64,000 bases of DNA from Octopus vulgaris (Eukaryota): NCBI GenBank assembly GCA_951406725.2, contig OX597822.1:74896001-74960000 (forward strand), given 5' to 3'. The position numbers and the translations under genes were made by a program. Positions 47,563 through 61,683 of the stretch are shown in pieces (the first letter of the stretch is position 1; every line of letters begins with the position of its first letter). Under the pieces are notes generated by a model. It was not told the origin of the DNA. It searched no databases and saw nothing but the letters and a program-made list of their open reading frames with translations.

Positions 47563-47840
47563 ACACACACACACACTTTTTATGTAGGACACAGAAGAAA
47601 AATAAATATATTTAGTTGCATACATGAAATTGTCTAGTGACTCAGAAGACGTGGAAACCAGGGATATACAGTGATACAAAAGCATTCTTGAATATTTCCC
47701 TTCACCAGTTTAAAAGTATATTTTAAAGTTAAAAAAAAAAAGTGGTACTCCCAAGTCAGAAGGAGAAAAATCAAGCAAATAAATGATTCTCTAATCAAAA
47801 TTGCTGGATACCATGTGTATACACATCTATGTGGTGTATG

Positions 47841-47873
<33 letters not shown>

Positions 47874-49011
47874 GATTTCACTTAGGTATTACAGTACTAA
47901 TAACTGGTCCTTAAAACTCAATATACATATACTTTAGAATAAATATGTTACGCAAATACAGAGTATAATATTAATTACTGAATGACAAGGGAACAAGAAT
48001 TATGTGTAAATATTTTCCAAAATAAACACATTTGAGTTTAATAGTTCCTAGGGAGTTTATAGGATGTTGCATAAAAACTCGGCTCTGAGTGCTTTGCATC
48101 TTATAGCAGAAACAACTGTAAGCTTATGGAAGTGATTACATAATTCCTGTCCAATTGTCATTCAATAATTTTTATGATGATACACACACAGATATATACA
48201 TTCATTCATATATATATATATATGTGTGTGTGTTTGTGTGTGTATGAAAATACACACATGTATATATATATATATGAAAACGTTTTTGTTAAAAATACTA
48301 AATCCAATCATATTTAAAGGAAGATATTCTGAAAAAGACAGAATGACACAAACCTTTTGGAAGAAAGCTTTCATAGTGTGTGTAAGCGCTTTCACTGTTA
48401 AATTTTTCCAAACACCTGTGGCGAGGTAATTTGTATAATGGAAGTTCTCCTTAGTTGCAGTGTTGACTATTTCTGGATGTAGAATAATGCATTCTAATTT
48501 TGCTTTTCGTAGTTCATCATTTTCGTTTTTAATCTATAAAAAAAAAAAGTATTTTGAATTTTCTATTTGCACTATATGCAAACTTCCTTCTGAAAGATTT
48601 GTATCATTCTCTTAGGATTATCTCTGCAACTAAAGGTCTCCTACAATGCACAAACATTAAAAATAATTTTACACAAACACACATATATACACACATGCAC
48701 ATTGCATGCATACATTCTGATTAATACTGAATATACAGACGTATAACTACCATTTGAATTGCATGTGATGCTTCATATTTCAACATGGCACAGGGAAGTT
48801 AAATGGTGGCGATCTGCTTTCTTAATTCTTACAATATTATTTAAAACAAATCAAAAGAAAAAAAAAAGAACATTTATAAATTTTCAATGCTTTCTTTTCT
48901 GTTTTTTTTTTTTTTTTTTCAAACCTAAAGATCTGTCTTGTTGCTAAAATTTTTATTGGAACAAACAGTTCTACATTGATATATATATATATATATACAT
49001 ACACACACACA

Positions 49012-49056
<45 letters not shown>

Positions 49057-51429
49057 GCGTGTGTGTGTGTGTGTATGTATGTATGTATATATATATATAT
49101 GTATGTATACATATTATTTGTTATATTTATTTATAATTTATGTAGTTATATGCATCTGCTTTTTCTCCACACACCCGCAACGATCTGAATCTTATTTTCT
49201 TTTTTCACAATTCTCTCGTTTGTATACAGTGTTTGTACTCACTGTTGACTGTAGCATGGAAAGTGGGCATTAAACGTCGATGATGATGAGGTGCTGGAGT
49301 AGCTGTGTGGTAAGAAGATCGCTTTCCTAGCACATGGTTTCGGGTTCAGTCCCACTGCATAGCACTTTGAGCAAGTGTCTTCTACTATAACCTCGGGCTG
49401 ACAAAAGTCTTGCGAGAGGGTTAGGTAAATGGAACCTGAAAGAAGCCATTCATATGTGTATATATATGTATTTGTGTGTGTATTTGTCTCCCGACCCACC
49501 ATCGCTTGACAACTGATGCTGGTGTGTTTACGTCCCTGTAACTTAGCGGTTCGGTGAAAGAGACCGATAGAATAAATACTAGGCTTACAAAGAATAAGTC
49601 CTGGAGTCGATTTGTTCGACTAAAGGCAGTGTTCCAGCATGGCCACAGTCAAATGACTGAAACAAGTAAATGAATAAAAGCAAAAGAATTATACATACAT
49701 GTATATAAATATATATATTGTATACGCCATATGTTTACATTGATTGTGTAGATCATGCATATACACTATTTAGAAACTGCTGTTTATATATATATATATA
49801 GTCTATACACACTAGGTCCCAAGATGGGACTGAACCCGAAACCATGTGGTGGGGAAGCAAACCTCTTACCACACAGCCACTCCTATATATGTATGTAAAT
49901 CGGACAGGAGTCTTCTATAGCTTTGGGTTGACCAAATCCTTGAGAGTGGATTTGGTAGACAGAAACTGAAAGGAGCCTGTCATGTGTGTGCACATGTGTT
50001 TCTGTGTTTGTCCTCCCACCAACAACTGGTGTTGGTATGTTTGCATCCCAATAGCTAACACTTAATTCCAGTAATTATATATATATATATATATATAATT
50101 ATGGTGATCTACTCCGAGGTCGTGTTAAAAATTGGTACCAACAGTTAGTCTTTTTTTTTATTGGTTTACTACTCGAATTTTGTAACTGGTCACAAAGTGC
50201 ATCTATTTTATAATTTGTATAAAACTTGTAAAAGATATGAGGGATTTCAACTGAAATTTTGTATGGTGTGGCAGTAATTGATACTCTTAACTATTATGTA
50301 TTTAAAAACAATGGAAGAGCTAAAAATAAAGCAAAATCATTTTTATTACAATAAATATTATTAATATTATTATTATTAAATTCTGCCGAGTTTGACTTTG
50401 CCTTTCATCCTTTTGGGGTCGATTAAATCAAGTACCAGTTATGCACTGGGGTCGATGTAATTGACTAGTCTCCCTTCCCCGAAATTTCAGACCTTGTGCC
50501 TATAGTAGAAAGGATTATTATGAAAGTGGCATTTTGTCTGTCTTTACGTTCAGAGTTCAAATTCTGCTGAAGTCGACTCAGGGTGGATAAAAGGAGTACC
50601 ATTTACACACTTGAGTCGATTTAACTGACTTAGCCATTCCCTAAAATTATTGTGGAAATTATTAGACTTTCGGAACAACACACACGCGTGCTAAATACCA
50701 TAGATGCCTTTGTAATATATAGTTATGGCTCTTTTTTTGTTTTGAGTTGAAATTTTTACTGAGGTTAACTTTGCCTTTCATCCTGTTGGAGTTTAGAGAT
50801 TAACGTACTTAATCAAGAATTGGGGTTTCTTGAGTGAGATGGGAACGATTAAATTAACCAACTCCTTTTCTCTAATTCCAGGTCTTGTGCCTTTGTTGCA
50901 TTCAGTTATTATTAAGAACAGTAGATTGTCAGAACCATTAGAGTTTGACATTTCTAAGTCTACGTTTCTCAGCTGCAGATCCCAGGGTCGCTTATGGCCC
51001 TCGACAGTCTTCCTTCTTTAAATCTAATAAATTTTTCTATGACTTGTTATTTACCTTTTATGGTAAAAAATCTTCTAAAAAATCCAGTCTTGGATCTGGC
51101 TCGGATATAAAAAAGGTTGAGAACCGCTGTACTAAGTTCAAATCTTACTAGAGTCAACCTTACCTTTCATTCCTCCAGCATCCTCCATCATTCCTCCAAC
51201 ATCGATACAGTAAAGTACCAGTCAAGAACTGAGGTCAATGTAATTGATTGTACCATTGTACTCCACTTCCTGTTACTTTCTGTGCCTTGTACCTAAATTA
51301 GAAAAAGTTATTTCAATTATCTGTATCCCATATTTGATGGTACTGTAAGATGCATTTTTTTCTCTCCAGAAAAATGTCCCTGAGATTAACTTTGCTTTTA
51401 ATCCTCCTGGAGTCAATAGAATAATGTAC

Positions 51430-51655
51430 TTAACACTTTTGTTACCATATTTACTTTGAGATGCTCTGTATTTCTTTCAATTAATTTTAAGCATAACAAA
51501 GAATTTAGTAAAATAACTTAGTTACCATTAAGCTAATGTTAGGAACATAAATTGTAACTAAGGTTTGGTAGAAGATTTTAATTCAGAACTTTTGAAAACA
51601 AGACATTTGTACTACAGAGCTAGAGGCAGTTTCAGCCAGTTTAGTATCGAAAGGG
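51430..51655 (-). mobile_element. Single inverted copy of the piggyBac-like MITE
   Basis: Reverse complement of the 8285 monomer. Confidence 0.75.
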
Positions 51656-53787
51656 AATCAACAACTAGGGTTTCAAGAGTGGGGTAGGGCGATTAAATGA
51701 ACTAAGTCCTTTTCTCTATTTCTATGCGAACTTGGGCCTATATTACATGCTTTAATGCACTGCCCCACTTCTTTTTTTCTCATAAATATGCACTGTTGAA
51801 ATTAGGGTACATCTAATATGCGTGTACATCTTTTATGCTATGGAATTCGGTTGTTTTTATTTTTACATTGGTCAGTTAATGAATAATTAGTCCGTTTAGT
51901 TTGTCGCAGTTCGTTAAAGGGAAAGAGAAAAGAACTAACAAGTGTAACTTAAAAAAAAAAAATTTGATTTGTTCATGTGTATTATTTTTAATTTGTAAAT
52001 CATGTGTATTTTTATTCTTACATTATCTGTATAACGTGTATTTTTTAAACATGTTCTCTCTTTTATGCAATTTCATTCACTTTTCAGACAAGATGTTTAA
52101 ATTTAAGCTCTGTTTTTAGTTGTTATTTTTTTTAATTAACTTATTAATTAATTAGTTTATTTATTTTAAGAGACAGGGAAGTTTTTAATTTTTATTTTTC
52201 ATTATTTTTGTTTTTTTTACATTTTTCAGATTGTGAACTGCATAAATAATTTTTTTTTTTTTTATGAAGAAAACATGCCAAGAATTTTATGTCAATAAAG
52301 TAATAACTTTTACAAAAGACATAAATAAAAACAATGAAAAAAACCCAACAAAATCTGCTGTTGTTTAAAAAAGATTAACAAAAGAAAAAAAAAATGGTAG
52401 AAACGGTTATTGATTGCAGTCTGCAGGAAGTAGTGTCATCGTAAAGTTAATTCTCTGGAGAATGTAATTAATTAGGATTATAATTTAATAAACTGTAATC
52501 ATTAAAGTAATGATTTCGAATTTACTATTACACATATACACAGACAAACCTGACGCACATATTCATTCATACATATATGTATATGCGCATGGACAGTTGT
52601 GTGCTTAAGAAGCTTGCTTCACTATCATGTTCTTATTGTGTTACACCTTGGGCAAGTGTCTTCTGCTATAACCTCAGGCTAACCAAAGCTTTGTGAATAA
52701 ATTTGGTAGAAAGAAACTCTGTGTATATGTATGGCCTGCTCGCCTCTCCAGCGGGTTGACATCATTCGCAAGCTAAAAACGATGCTAAGCTGAAGGCGGC
52801 GAGCTGGCAGAAACGTTAGCACGCCGGGCGAAATGCTTAGCAGTATTTCGTCTGCCGCTACGATCTGAGTTCAAATTCCGCCAAGGTCGACTTTACCTTT
52901 CATCCTTTCGGGGTCGATTAAATAAGTACCAGTTACGCACTGGGGTCGATGTAATCGACTTAATCCGTTTGTCTGTCCTTGTTTATCCTCTCTGGATTTA
53001 GTCCCTTATGGGTAGTAAAGAAATAGGTATTTCGTCTGTCGTTACATTCTGAGTTCTAATTCCGCCGAGGTCGACTTTGCCTTTCATTCTTTCAGGGTCG
53101 ATAAATTAAGTACCAGTTACGCACTGGGGTCGGTATAATCGACTTAATCCGTCTGTCTGTCCTTGTTTGTCTCTTCTGTGTTTAGCCCCTTGTGGGTAGA
53201 AACGAAAAAAAAAAAAATGATGCTAAGCGTATTGTGACCAGCAGCGTATAACTACCTCCGATAACCTGGTCGGTCATGTGATTACGTGATATATTATGTG
53301 TTTGTGTGCGTACTTTGTCTTGACGTAATGTTTGCAAACGAGAATCACCGTCATACAAGCGATGTTGTTTGTGCCGAGTCTTCCCCGAAAAACCTGTCTC
53401 GTCATGAGGAAATATTTACTTTGCATGGAAATGTGTGAGAGTTGGCGATAGGAAGGGCATCCGGCCGTAGAAAATCTGTCTCGGCGAATTCTGTTTTACC
53501 CGCGCGAGCATGGAAGAAACTGGACGTTAAATGGTGGTATATATGCGCAGATATGGCTGCATGGGTATTAAATTTCGGTTTTAGTCCCACTGCGTGGTGC
53601 CTTCAGCAACTGTCTTCTACTATAGGCGCAGGACTGGCTGTGTGGTAAGTAATTTGCTTACCAACGACATGGTTCCGGGTTCAGTCCCACTGCGTGGCAC
53701 CTCGGGCAAGTGTCTTCTACTATAGCCTCGGGTCGACCAAAGCCTTGTGAGAGGATTTGATAGACGTAAACTAAAAGAAGCCCGTCG

Positions 53788-53826
<39 letters not shown>

Positions 53827-54559
53827 ATGTCCTCCATCGCTCTTGACAACCGATGTTGATGTGTTAACGTCCCTGTAACTTAGCGGTTCGGCAAAACACC
53901 AATAGAATAAGTACTAGGCTTACAAAGAATAAGTCCTGGGGTCGATTTGCTCCACTAAAAAAGGTGGTGCTCCAGCATGGCCGCAGTCAAAATGACTGAA
54001 ACAAATAAAAGAATGATAGAATATAGCTTTAGGCTGACAGTGAATTTGATTGACAGAAACTGAAAGAAGCCTCGTATGTGTTCTCTTGTATTTTAATTAT
54101 TCCTGTAGGGAAACTGCTGGTTTATAACAAAACTACAAACTTCCATCGTTGGAATGTAGATAACAATAAGTTAACATTTTAAACTTGAGAAAAGTTTTGC
54201 ATATTTTTACTGTTCCACTTACTGACTATTTGTAATGTGCGAGTTGATTTATATTTTGTTTCTGAAAATCCATGTTTATCCAGACTGACAGTCTGGATAT
54301 GAAAATAATCTTTTCTTGGGGTATTTTGTGTGTAGATCATGAAAATAACATCCGTTTCTTTCTGTGACCTGCCTGAAATTTACCATCTGATGTTAAATAC
54401 AATGTTAGTTCTGTATGAATTGAGTGCAAACAGGATTGGGCCGAAACTGACAACTCTAAAAGTTATGAACGGATTTTGATATAATTTTAATGGGGTGTTC
54501 CTAACGTATTTGTCAACCTAACCTATGAAAATTATAAAAGTATGCTCGATATTTTTATA

Positions 54560-55725
54560 GTTATATGGGTCCAATTCTGCGGTAAATCTGATAAGAAACC
54601 ACACCTCATCATCCAACCTGAACTTAATGATCTAGTTCGTGATCTAACACTTACTAAGCCACAAAGTGAAGTCCTGGTCTCACGTCTACCGCAATGGAAC
54701 CTGTTGGATAAAGATGCTTGTATTACAGTATTTAGGAAACATTCTGGAGATTACCGCAATCCTTCACTCTGGAAAACAACTTGACTTACTGTAATGATAT
54801 CAGAGACCTATTCAATGCCCTTGAGCTGACCTATGAACCAAATGAGTGGAGGTTATTCATAGATGCGTCCCTTTACAGCATAAAAGCGGTTCTGTTGCAC
54901 ATTGGGAACACCATGCCTTCAGTTCCAATTGCTCACTCAGTCATTTTCAAGAGAAACATCCAAGAACCTCGCTTTTATTCAAGGAACATAAGAGGCTAAT
55001 TTGTGCGGACTTGAAAGTAGCTCTACTTAATGGGCTACAAACTGGATACACCGAGTGACTGCGTTTCCTTTGCGTGGGAGAGCAGGGCCAGATCAGAACC
55101 TTATGTACACTCAGAATGGCCACGTCCGGAAACTATGATGCTTGGATGCCATAATGTAAATCATGAGTCACTAGTTAAGGAGAAAATCATTTTGCCAGCA
55201 CTGCATATAAAACTAGGCCTAATGAAGCAATTTACCAAAGCACTGCAACTTAACAAGCCAGGTCTCCAGTACCTCAAGGTGATCCTCTCGAAAATAAGCG
55301 GTGCCAAGATTAAAGAAGGCATATTCGTAGGCCCTCAGATTCGTCAACTTATAGCTGATGAGGACTTCGAGACGACAATGGATGAAACTGTGCTAGTGGC
55401 CTGGCATGCATTCAAAGATGAATGTAAAGGACTTTTGGGAAAGCACCCAGTGGCCCAGCGAGAGAGTATAGTGGAGTGCATAATCAAGTGCTACCAAGAT
55501 CTCGGATGCAATATGTCACTGAAGATACACTTTCTATATTCTCGTTTGTCCTCAGAGAATGCACGAGACGTAAGTGATGGACATGGAGAGAGGTTCCATC
55601 AAGGTATAGCGTCGATGGAAAACAGGTATAAGGGGAAATGGAGACCAGCTATGCTGGCTGACTTCTGCTGGAACCTGAAGCGTGACACACCTGACATGTC
55701 TTATAAACGAAGAAATAAATACTAA
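54560..55725 (+). pseudogene. Decayed DDE DNA transposase, probably CMC/Chapaev3-like
   Basis: Frameshifted ORFs 54542, 54781 and 55030 join into PHLIIQ-ELNDLVRDL...WRLFIDAS-SIKAVLLH...LHIKLGLMKQF...KEGIFVGPQIR...MSLKIHFL...VSD-HGERFHQ-I--ME-RY-G-W---MLADFCW. Superfamily assignment is from memory. Confidence 0.8.
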
Positions 55726-57194
55726 AATGTAGGTTAATACATCATATAATGCTAACATACATGCTGATTCGTTATATATTTAATAATTAATTACAATGGA
55801 CATATTTAATCTGACTATATAATAAATTTATGATAGCGTGGAAATTGGTATAAATTGCATAGTTATTAAGTTGGTAGTTTGCAAGAAAATGTGACATGAT
55901 GGGAATTTTTGTAATAAAATTCGAATTTAGCACAATCAGCTTCATAATAAAATGTACATGAGAACTATGTCTATTTCTTGATCCTGAAATTTGTTGTACC
56001 GTGTTACTGGTATAATTGTAGATATAGAAGCTGGACGCTTTTTAATGGATATTCACGTTCGCTCTCTGACAGTACGTACGGTACTTTGTTTTGTCTGCTT
56101 CAAACAATCTGCCCAGTTATGTTTTGACTGGAATTTTCCCTCAATATTCTTTGTGTTGATGTTTGTGCATGTATTCAATAACAGGGGATTCTCTATTTAT
56201 TGCCCGGTAGACTTTTTTTTTTCCGAAAGACATTGTATATTGTTTTTGCGACAATGTTTTGTCGCCATAGGCAGATAGTACTTTGACGATATTTTAGGGC
56301 AGCTGTTAGTCACATGTGATGTCCTACATAGAAGTGACTAACTACATTTTCGGTTGCATCTTGGAGTTCTAAGGACTTCACTGTCTCTGTTTATTAAAAG
56401 TTTTGATGGGAATGTCCCACCAATATTCCTTCTATTGTTGAATACGTATGTATTCGATGCCTGGGGGATTCACCATATTTATCCTATGACAATCTTTGTT
56501 TCTCGGATGGCATTGAATATAATTAATTATAACAGCGACGTCATGCCACATTGGTAGGTGTACCTTGATGACATTTTCAGGCCATTTGTCCTATACGCAA
56601 ACGATCTTGCCTTCTCACCATCTTCAAACATACACCAGTAATAATAATATTCAAGGGCGGCGAGCTGGCAGAATCGTTAGCACGCCGGGCAAAATGCTTT
56701 GCGGTATTTCGCCAACCGTTACGTTCTGAGTTCAAATTCCGCCTAGGTCGAATTTGCCTTTCATCCTTTCGGAGTCGATTAAATAAATACCACTTACGCA
56801 CTGGGGTCGATGTAATCGACTTAATCTCTTTGTCCTTGTTTGTCCTCTCTATGTTTAGCCCCCTGTGGGCAATAAAGAAATAAAAAAAATATTATTTAAG
56901 ATGTGACCAACCCTCACCAAAACGGCCATGGTAGGCTTTGGATTGAAGCCTTGAATGTCGAATAAATTCAACGAGCGTTTGATATCACCAGACTTACCGT
57001 ATCATGACATTCACTTACAGCACGAAATTCAAAGCTAGCCCAAAATTTAATATTCTAAACCAGAAACAACACTTATGATAAGGTAGCCACAAATTATTGC
57101 TATTTCGGTTGGTAGATTTTCCCTTGACCCGTCAAACATGTTTTCGTATTTGGTTTGCAAGATTCTTTATGTGAATTCCTGTGTTGAAGCATAT

Positions 57195-57390
57195 TTTATT
57201 GTGTCTGGGAAGAGTCATTCTCTTTTAGTGCTTTATCACTTAACACAGAGTCAACGACTGTTAAAAGGGTTGCAAGACGCAACGAAAATTTTTAGAAAAA
57301 AATAAATAAGTAAACGTGGAAATCGAACCGGTGTGTGTGTGTTAAGTAATAAGACACTAAAAGAGAATGACCCTCCTCAGATACAATGAA
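57195..57390. repeat. Imperfect inverted repeat (about 53-bp arms), probable MITE remnant
   Basis: GTCATTCTCTTTTAGTG-TTA-ACTTAACACA and TGTGTTAAGT-TAA-CACTAAAAGAGAATGAC. Confidence 0.75.
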
Positions 57391-57604
57391 TTACATGTCT
57401 TTGTGCCTTTCTATTTTTCATTTGTTTCAGTCATTAGACTGCGGCCAAGCTAGGGCACCTTTAGTCGAACAAATTGAACCGAGTAATTTTGAATTTTTAA
57501 GTGTGGTACTTATTCTATCTGTCTCTTTTGGCGAACCGTTCGATGGCGGAAAGGAAAACATGCCAACACCGGTTGTCAAGCGGTGGTGAGGGACAAAAGC
57601 ACAG

Positions 57605-57635
<31 letters not shown>

Positions 57636-58531
57636 AAGGCGGCGAGCTGGTAGAAACGTTAGCACGCCGGGCGAAATTCGTAGCCGTATTTCGTCTGTCG
57701 TTACGTTCCGAGTTCAAATTCCGCCGAGGTCGACTTTGCCTTTCATCCTTTCGGGGTCGATAAATTAAGTACCAGTTACGCACTGGGGTCGATGTAGTCG
57801 ACTTAATCCCTTTGTCTGTCCTTGTTTAGCCCCTTGTGGGTAGTAAAGAAATATATATATATATAGTAGAAGACAATTGCCTAAGGTACCACGCAGTGGG
57901 ACTGAACCCGGAACCATGTAGTTCATAAGCAAGCTACTTACCACACAGCCACTGCTACGAATATATTTTCGAAATATTATTTGAAAGTTAGAAAGAAAAC
58001 GCTTATCTTTCTATATATTATAAATTCCGATGGATTACATTTTCAAGGTTAAATTCAATGAAACGAAAGAGAGAGAGAGAGAGAGAGAGATGTTTATAAA
58101 AAAATTATAAAATATATAAATGCCGTTTATGTATATTTTGAAAGTACATACAATACCATCTGCTTGGGGAAGAGAATCATCAATAGAATTATTCATTTGT
58201 TTTTACATATTTACGAAAACTAAAATCGTGTTCGGAGTTGCGAGGCATATTTAATGATGTGAAAATATTAACATTTAACATATTGTGAAAGCAGGTGTTC
58301 TATAAGATAGATTTTTAAAAATGTGGCGATAATTGCTGAAACCAACGTGTTGTTTAATAAATAGCAGAGTCAAAGAAGAGAAATGAATGTAGTTTATCAA
58401 ATTCTTGTGATGCTAATTTTAGGTGATACGGACAAACTCTGACTATATTTTAAGTGGAAACAGCTGTGAGAGACATGCAGCAAGCTTCTGGAGTTTAGGA
58501 CCCCCCCCCCAAGTTAAAGTGCAAATAGGAC

Positions 58532-59021
58532 ACATCTATACATAAAATACAAAATACAAAGTTATATCTTGATATCGCTAGTGATAACAATACTCAAAAT
58601 ATATAACAGACTGGAATTGTAGGCCCGTCACTTGCAATTTTGATCAATTGGATCTTATCCTCCCTCTTGTATAGAAGTGTACGGCTGCAGCGAAATTCAT
58701 TTTTGGACTTTCCTCTATCGAAGGTATTTTAACAAAAATGCTTCCGTTAAGACGGTGAAAATATTGTCAATTTCCCCAAACAGGGACACAATTCAATTTT
58801 TAAACAATAACCCTAACCCTTCACCGAAAGGGGGAGGGTTACGGTTTACAATTATTTAACAAATGCAACACAACAACGTTTCCCTGACGAGGAACCAACA
58901 AACGTGATTACAATAGTCAAACAGTAATAATAATAACAACAAACCTTTTTAATTTATCCACATTTATGTGAAACCACTTATTCAAGTTCAAGTCATTGAT
59001 GCAATTTTATACGAATTGCTA

Positions 59022-59076
<55 letters not shown>

Positions 59077-59458
59077 ATAAGGGTGAAAAATTGAATATTA
59101 ATTTGATTAATATGAATTGAAAACCAGTGGTGTAGCAAATAAGACCATAGCGGATCTTCTAGCAAAATGGATGACTATTGTTAATGGTTCATCCCTGTTA
59201 TATAATACTTTCACTATTAATAGTGAAAGTGTCTGCATTACAAAAGAGAGATGTTTTTGTTTCACTTTTAACACGTAATACTGAAATAGTGGAGAAGATA
59301 TGATATTGCGGTGGGGTCGCCCTAGGGAAAAAAGTTAAGATTTTTTTTGCCGATGACACTCCCCGGACCTAAGGCTTGAAAGAAATTGGTTGTGTAGTTC
59401 TCAAGTTTTAGGGAAACACACAGACACACATTCTCAGTTTTATATATAGAGAGAGAGA
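58532..59458 (-). mobile_element. Non-autonomous Helitron, 3'-truncated copy
   Basis: Homologous to 59459-61025; minus-strand 5' end TCTCTCTC-TATATATAAAACTGAGAATG. Confidence 0.8.
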
Positions 59459-61025
59459 CTAGCATTATGACCCGTCGTTGCCGGGTCATAGTGCTAGTGC
59501 ATTTATATATGTGTATATATATGTGTAAATATTACATGTACATCTCTCTATATACATCTACACATAAAATACAAAATATAAAGTTATATCTTGATATCAC
59601 TAGTGATAGCAATACTAAAAATATATAACAGACTGGAATTGTAGGCCCGTCTCTTGCAATTTCGATCCATTGTATCTTGTCCTCCCTCTTGTATAGAAGT
59701 GTAGCTACAATCCAGCCTACCTCTACTTTTGGTAGGGGACATTTTAAATTTTTATCCGGGACGTCCTACGTCCCAGATATAAAGGTAAAAATAAAATATT
59801 TCCATTTTGCAAGGTTCGAGTCGAGTACTCCCTTGCACGCTCTGTTGACTCGAACATTGCTTCTATTGTGGCGAATTTACTGCCTCTGGTTAGATATTTG
59901 ATATCTTTCATAGTCGCACCAAGACACTTTACGATGGTGCTTCCTCCAGGTGTTCAAATTTTTTTTCTCTACATTGTATACTTTATAGACAATAGTCTTT
60001 TCTTTTCTTTAATTTTTTATTTAGTTTGGTGGTGTTATCCTAGATTCACCGTCTTTGTCGGTGATTAATCCGTATTTCTTCCATTTTAATTTCAATGAGT
60101 TCGCGCCCGCCGACGGCTGCAGCGAAATTCATTTTTGGACTTTCTTCTATCGAAGACATTTTAACAAAAATGCTTCCGTGTAAACGGTGAAAATATTGTC
60201 AATTTCCCCAAACAGGGACACAATTCAATTTTTAAACAATAATCAAAGCCCCTTCTCCGAAAGGGGGAGAGTTACGGTTTACAATTATTTAACAAATGCA
60301 ACACAACAACGTTTCCCTTACGAGGAACCAACAAACGTAATAACAATAGTTAAACAAAAATAATAATAACAACAAACCTTACAGTAAACCAAAAAGCAGT
60401 ACTCTGTTGACGCTATAGGCCTTTATGGATCAGAAATAAACCAGTACTCAGTAGAAGCATCTTTCGAGAAAACAGACATTACATACAGCCAAACTTCATA
60501 TAGATACTTAATGCTAGTTAATTAGCAAATAATCTAATGTAAAAGCCGTGCACACCTCCATCTGGACTATTTCATTTCTGCACTTAAATTTTATTTTTTA
60601 TTTATTCCCATTCATGTGAAACCACTGATTCAAGTTCAAGTCACTGATGCAATTTTATACCAATTGCTATTTTTACTTTTGTTATGTTACGATAATATTA
60701 TATTTTAGTTTGATTTTAATTATTACTTACTACATATAATTCAATTGTTATTATTATTTTTATTGTTAAAGTGAAAGCATCTGACATAAAACAGAGAAAT
60801 GTTTTTGTTTCACTTTTAACACGTAATACTGAAATAGTGGAGAAGATATGATATTGCTAAGGGCTCGCTCTAGGAAAGAAGTTGAACATTTTTTTGCCCA
60901 TGAAACTACATGGACCCTAAGTAAGGCATGTTTAAAATTTGAATGAAATTGGTTGTGTAGTTCTCAAGTTTTAGGAAAACAGACAGACACACAGACACAC
61001 ATTCTCAGTTTTATATATATAGAGA
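59459..61025 (-). mobile_element. Non-autonomous Helitron, full length (about 1.57 kb)
   Basis: Minus strand A|TCTCTATATATATAAAA 5' end; 3' hairpin and CTAG at 59459-59497. Confidence 0.85.
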
Positions 61026-61301
61026 TTACATAAATATATTAGCTTGTTAATGAAATATATGAAGCGCGTATTCATTATATTAGTTATAGTTTATCGATAA
61101 TGAAGCTTAACTAATTCAATATTGATCACAGTTAACAATTATCTATGATTAATAAAGTTTGTCGTCGTAGAAAATAATTATACAGGCTTTGTGTAATTGT
61201 GGTAAGAAAGTATTCATTATTAGAGATATTTAGTTTCATTAAGTAATGGCTGTTTAAACGTTTCTTGTTGTAAACAAACGCATAGAGGAGAATTGTTTGT
61301 T

Positions 61302-61337
<36 letters not shown>

Positions 61338-61339
<2 letters not shown>

Positions 61340-61683
61340 CAATAGATTCTCTAAAAGAAATGGAGAAACTTTCAAAATACAAAGACTTGGAAATAGAGGT
61401 AACTCGAATGTGGAATCTAAAAACAGAAACAATTCCTATCATAGTAGGCGCATTAGGTATGATAGAAAAATATTCAGACAAATACATAACAAAAACACCA
61501 GGACTTATAAATATGATATAACATACAGAAAATTGCACTACTGGGCACCGCACACATCCTACGCAAAACACTTTTAATGCAGTAACCATGAGAGCATCAC
61601 AGCAAACAACAGCACATACCCAAGGCACACAGAGCTGCGCTCGGTAGTGAAGTGAAAGCACGTTATAAAAATAAAACTACTGA
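61338..61683 (+). mobile_element. 5'-truncated RLE-type LINE (R4/Dong-like) 3' end inside a (TAA)n tract
   Basis: KLSKYKDLEIEVTRMWNLKTETIPIIVGALG, then (frameshifted) QKIALLGTAHILRK; (TAA)n on both sides. Confidence 0.8.
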
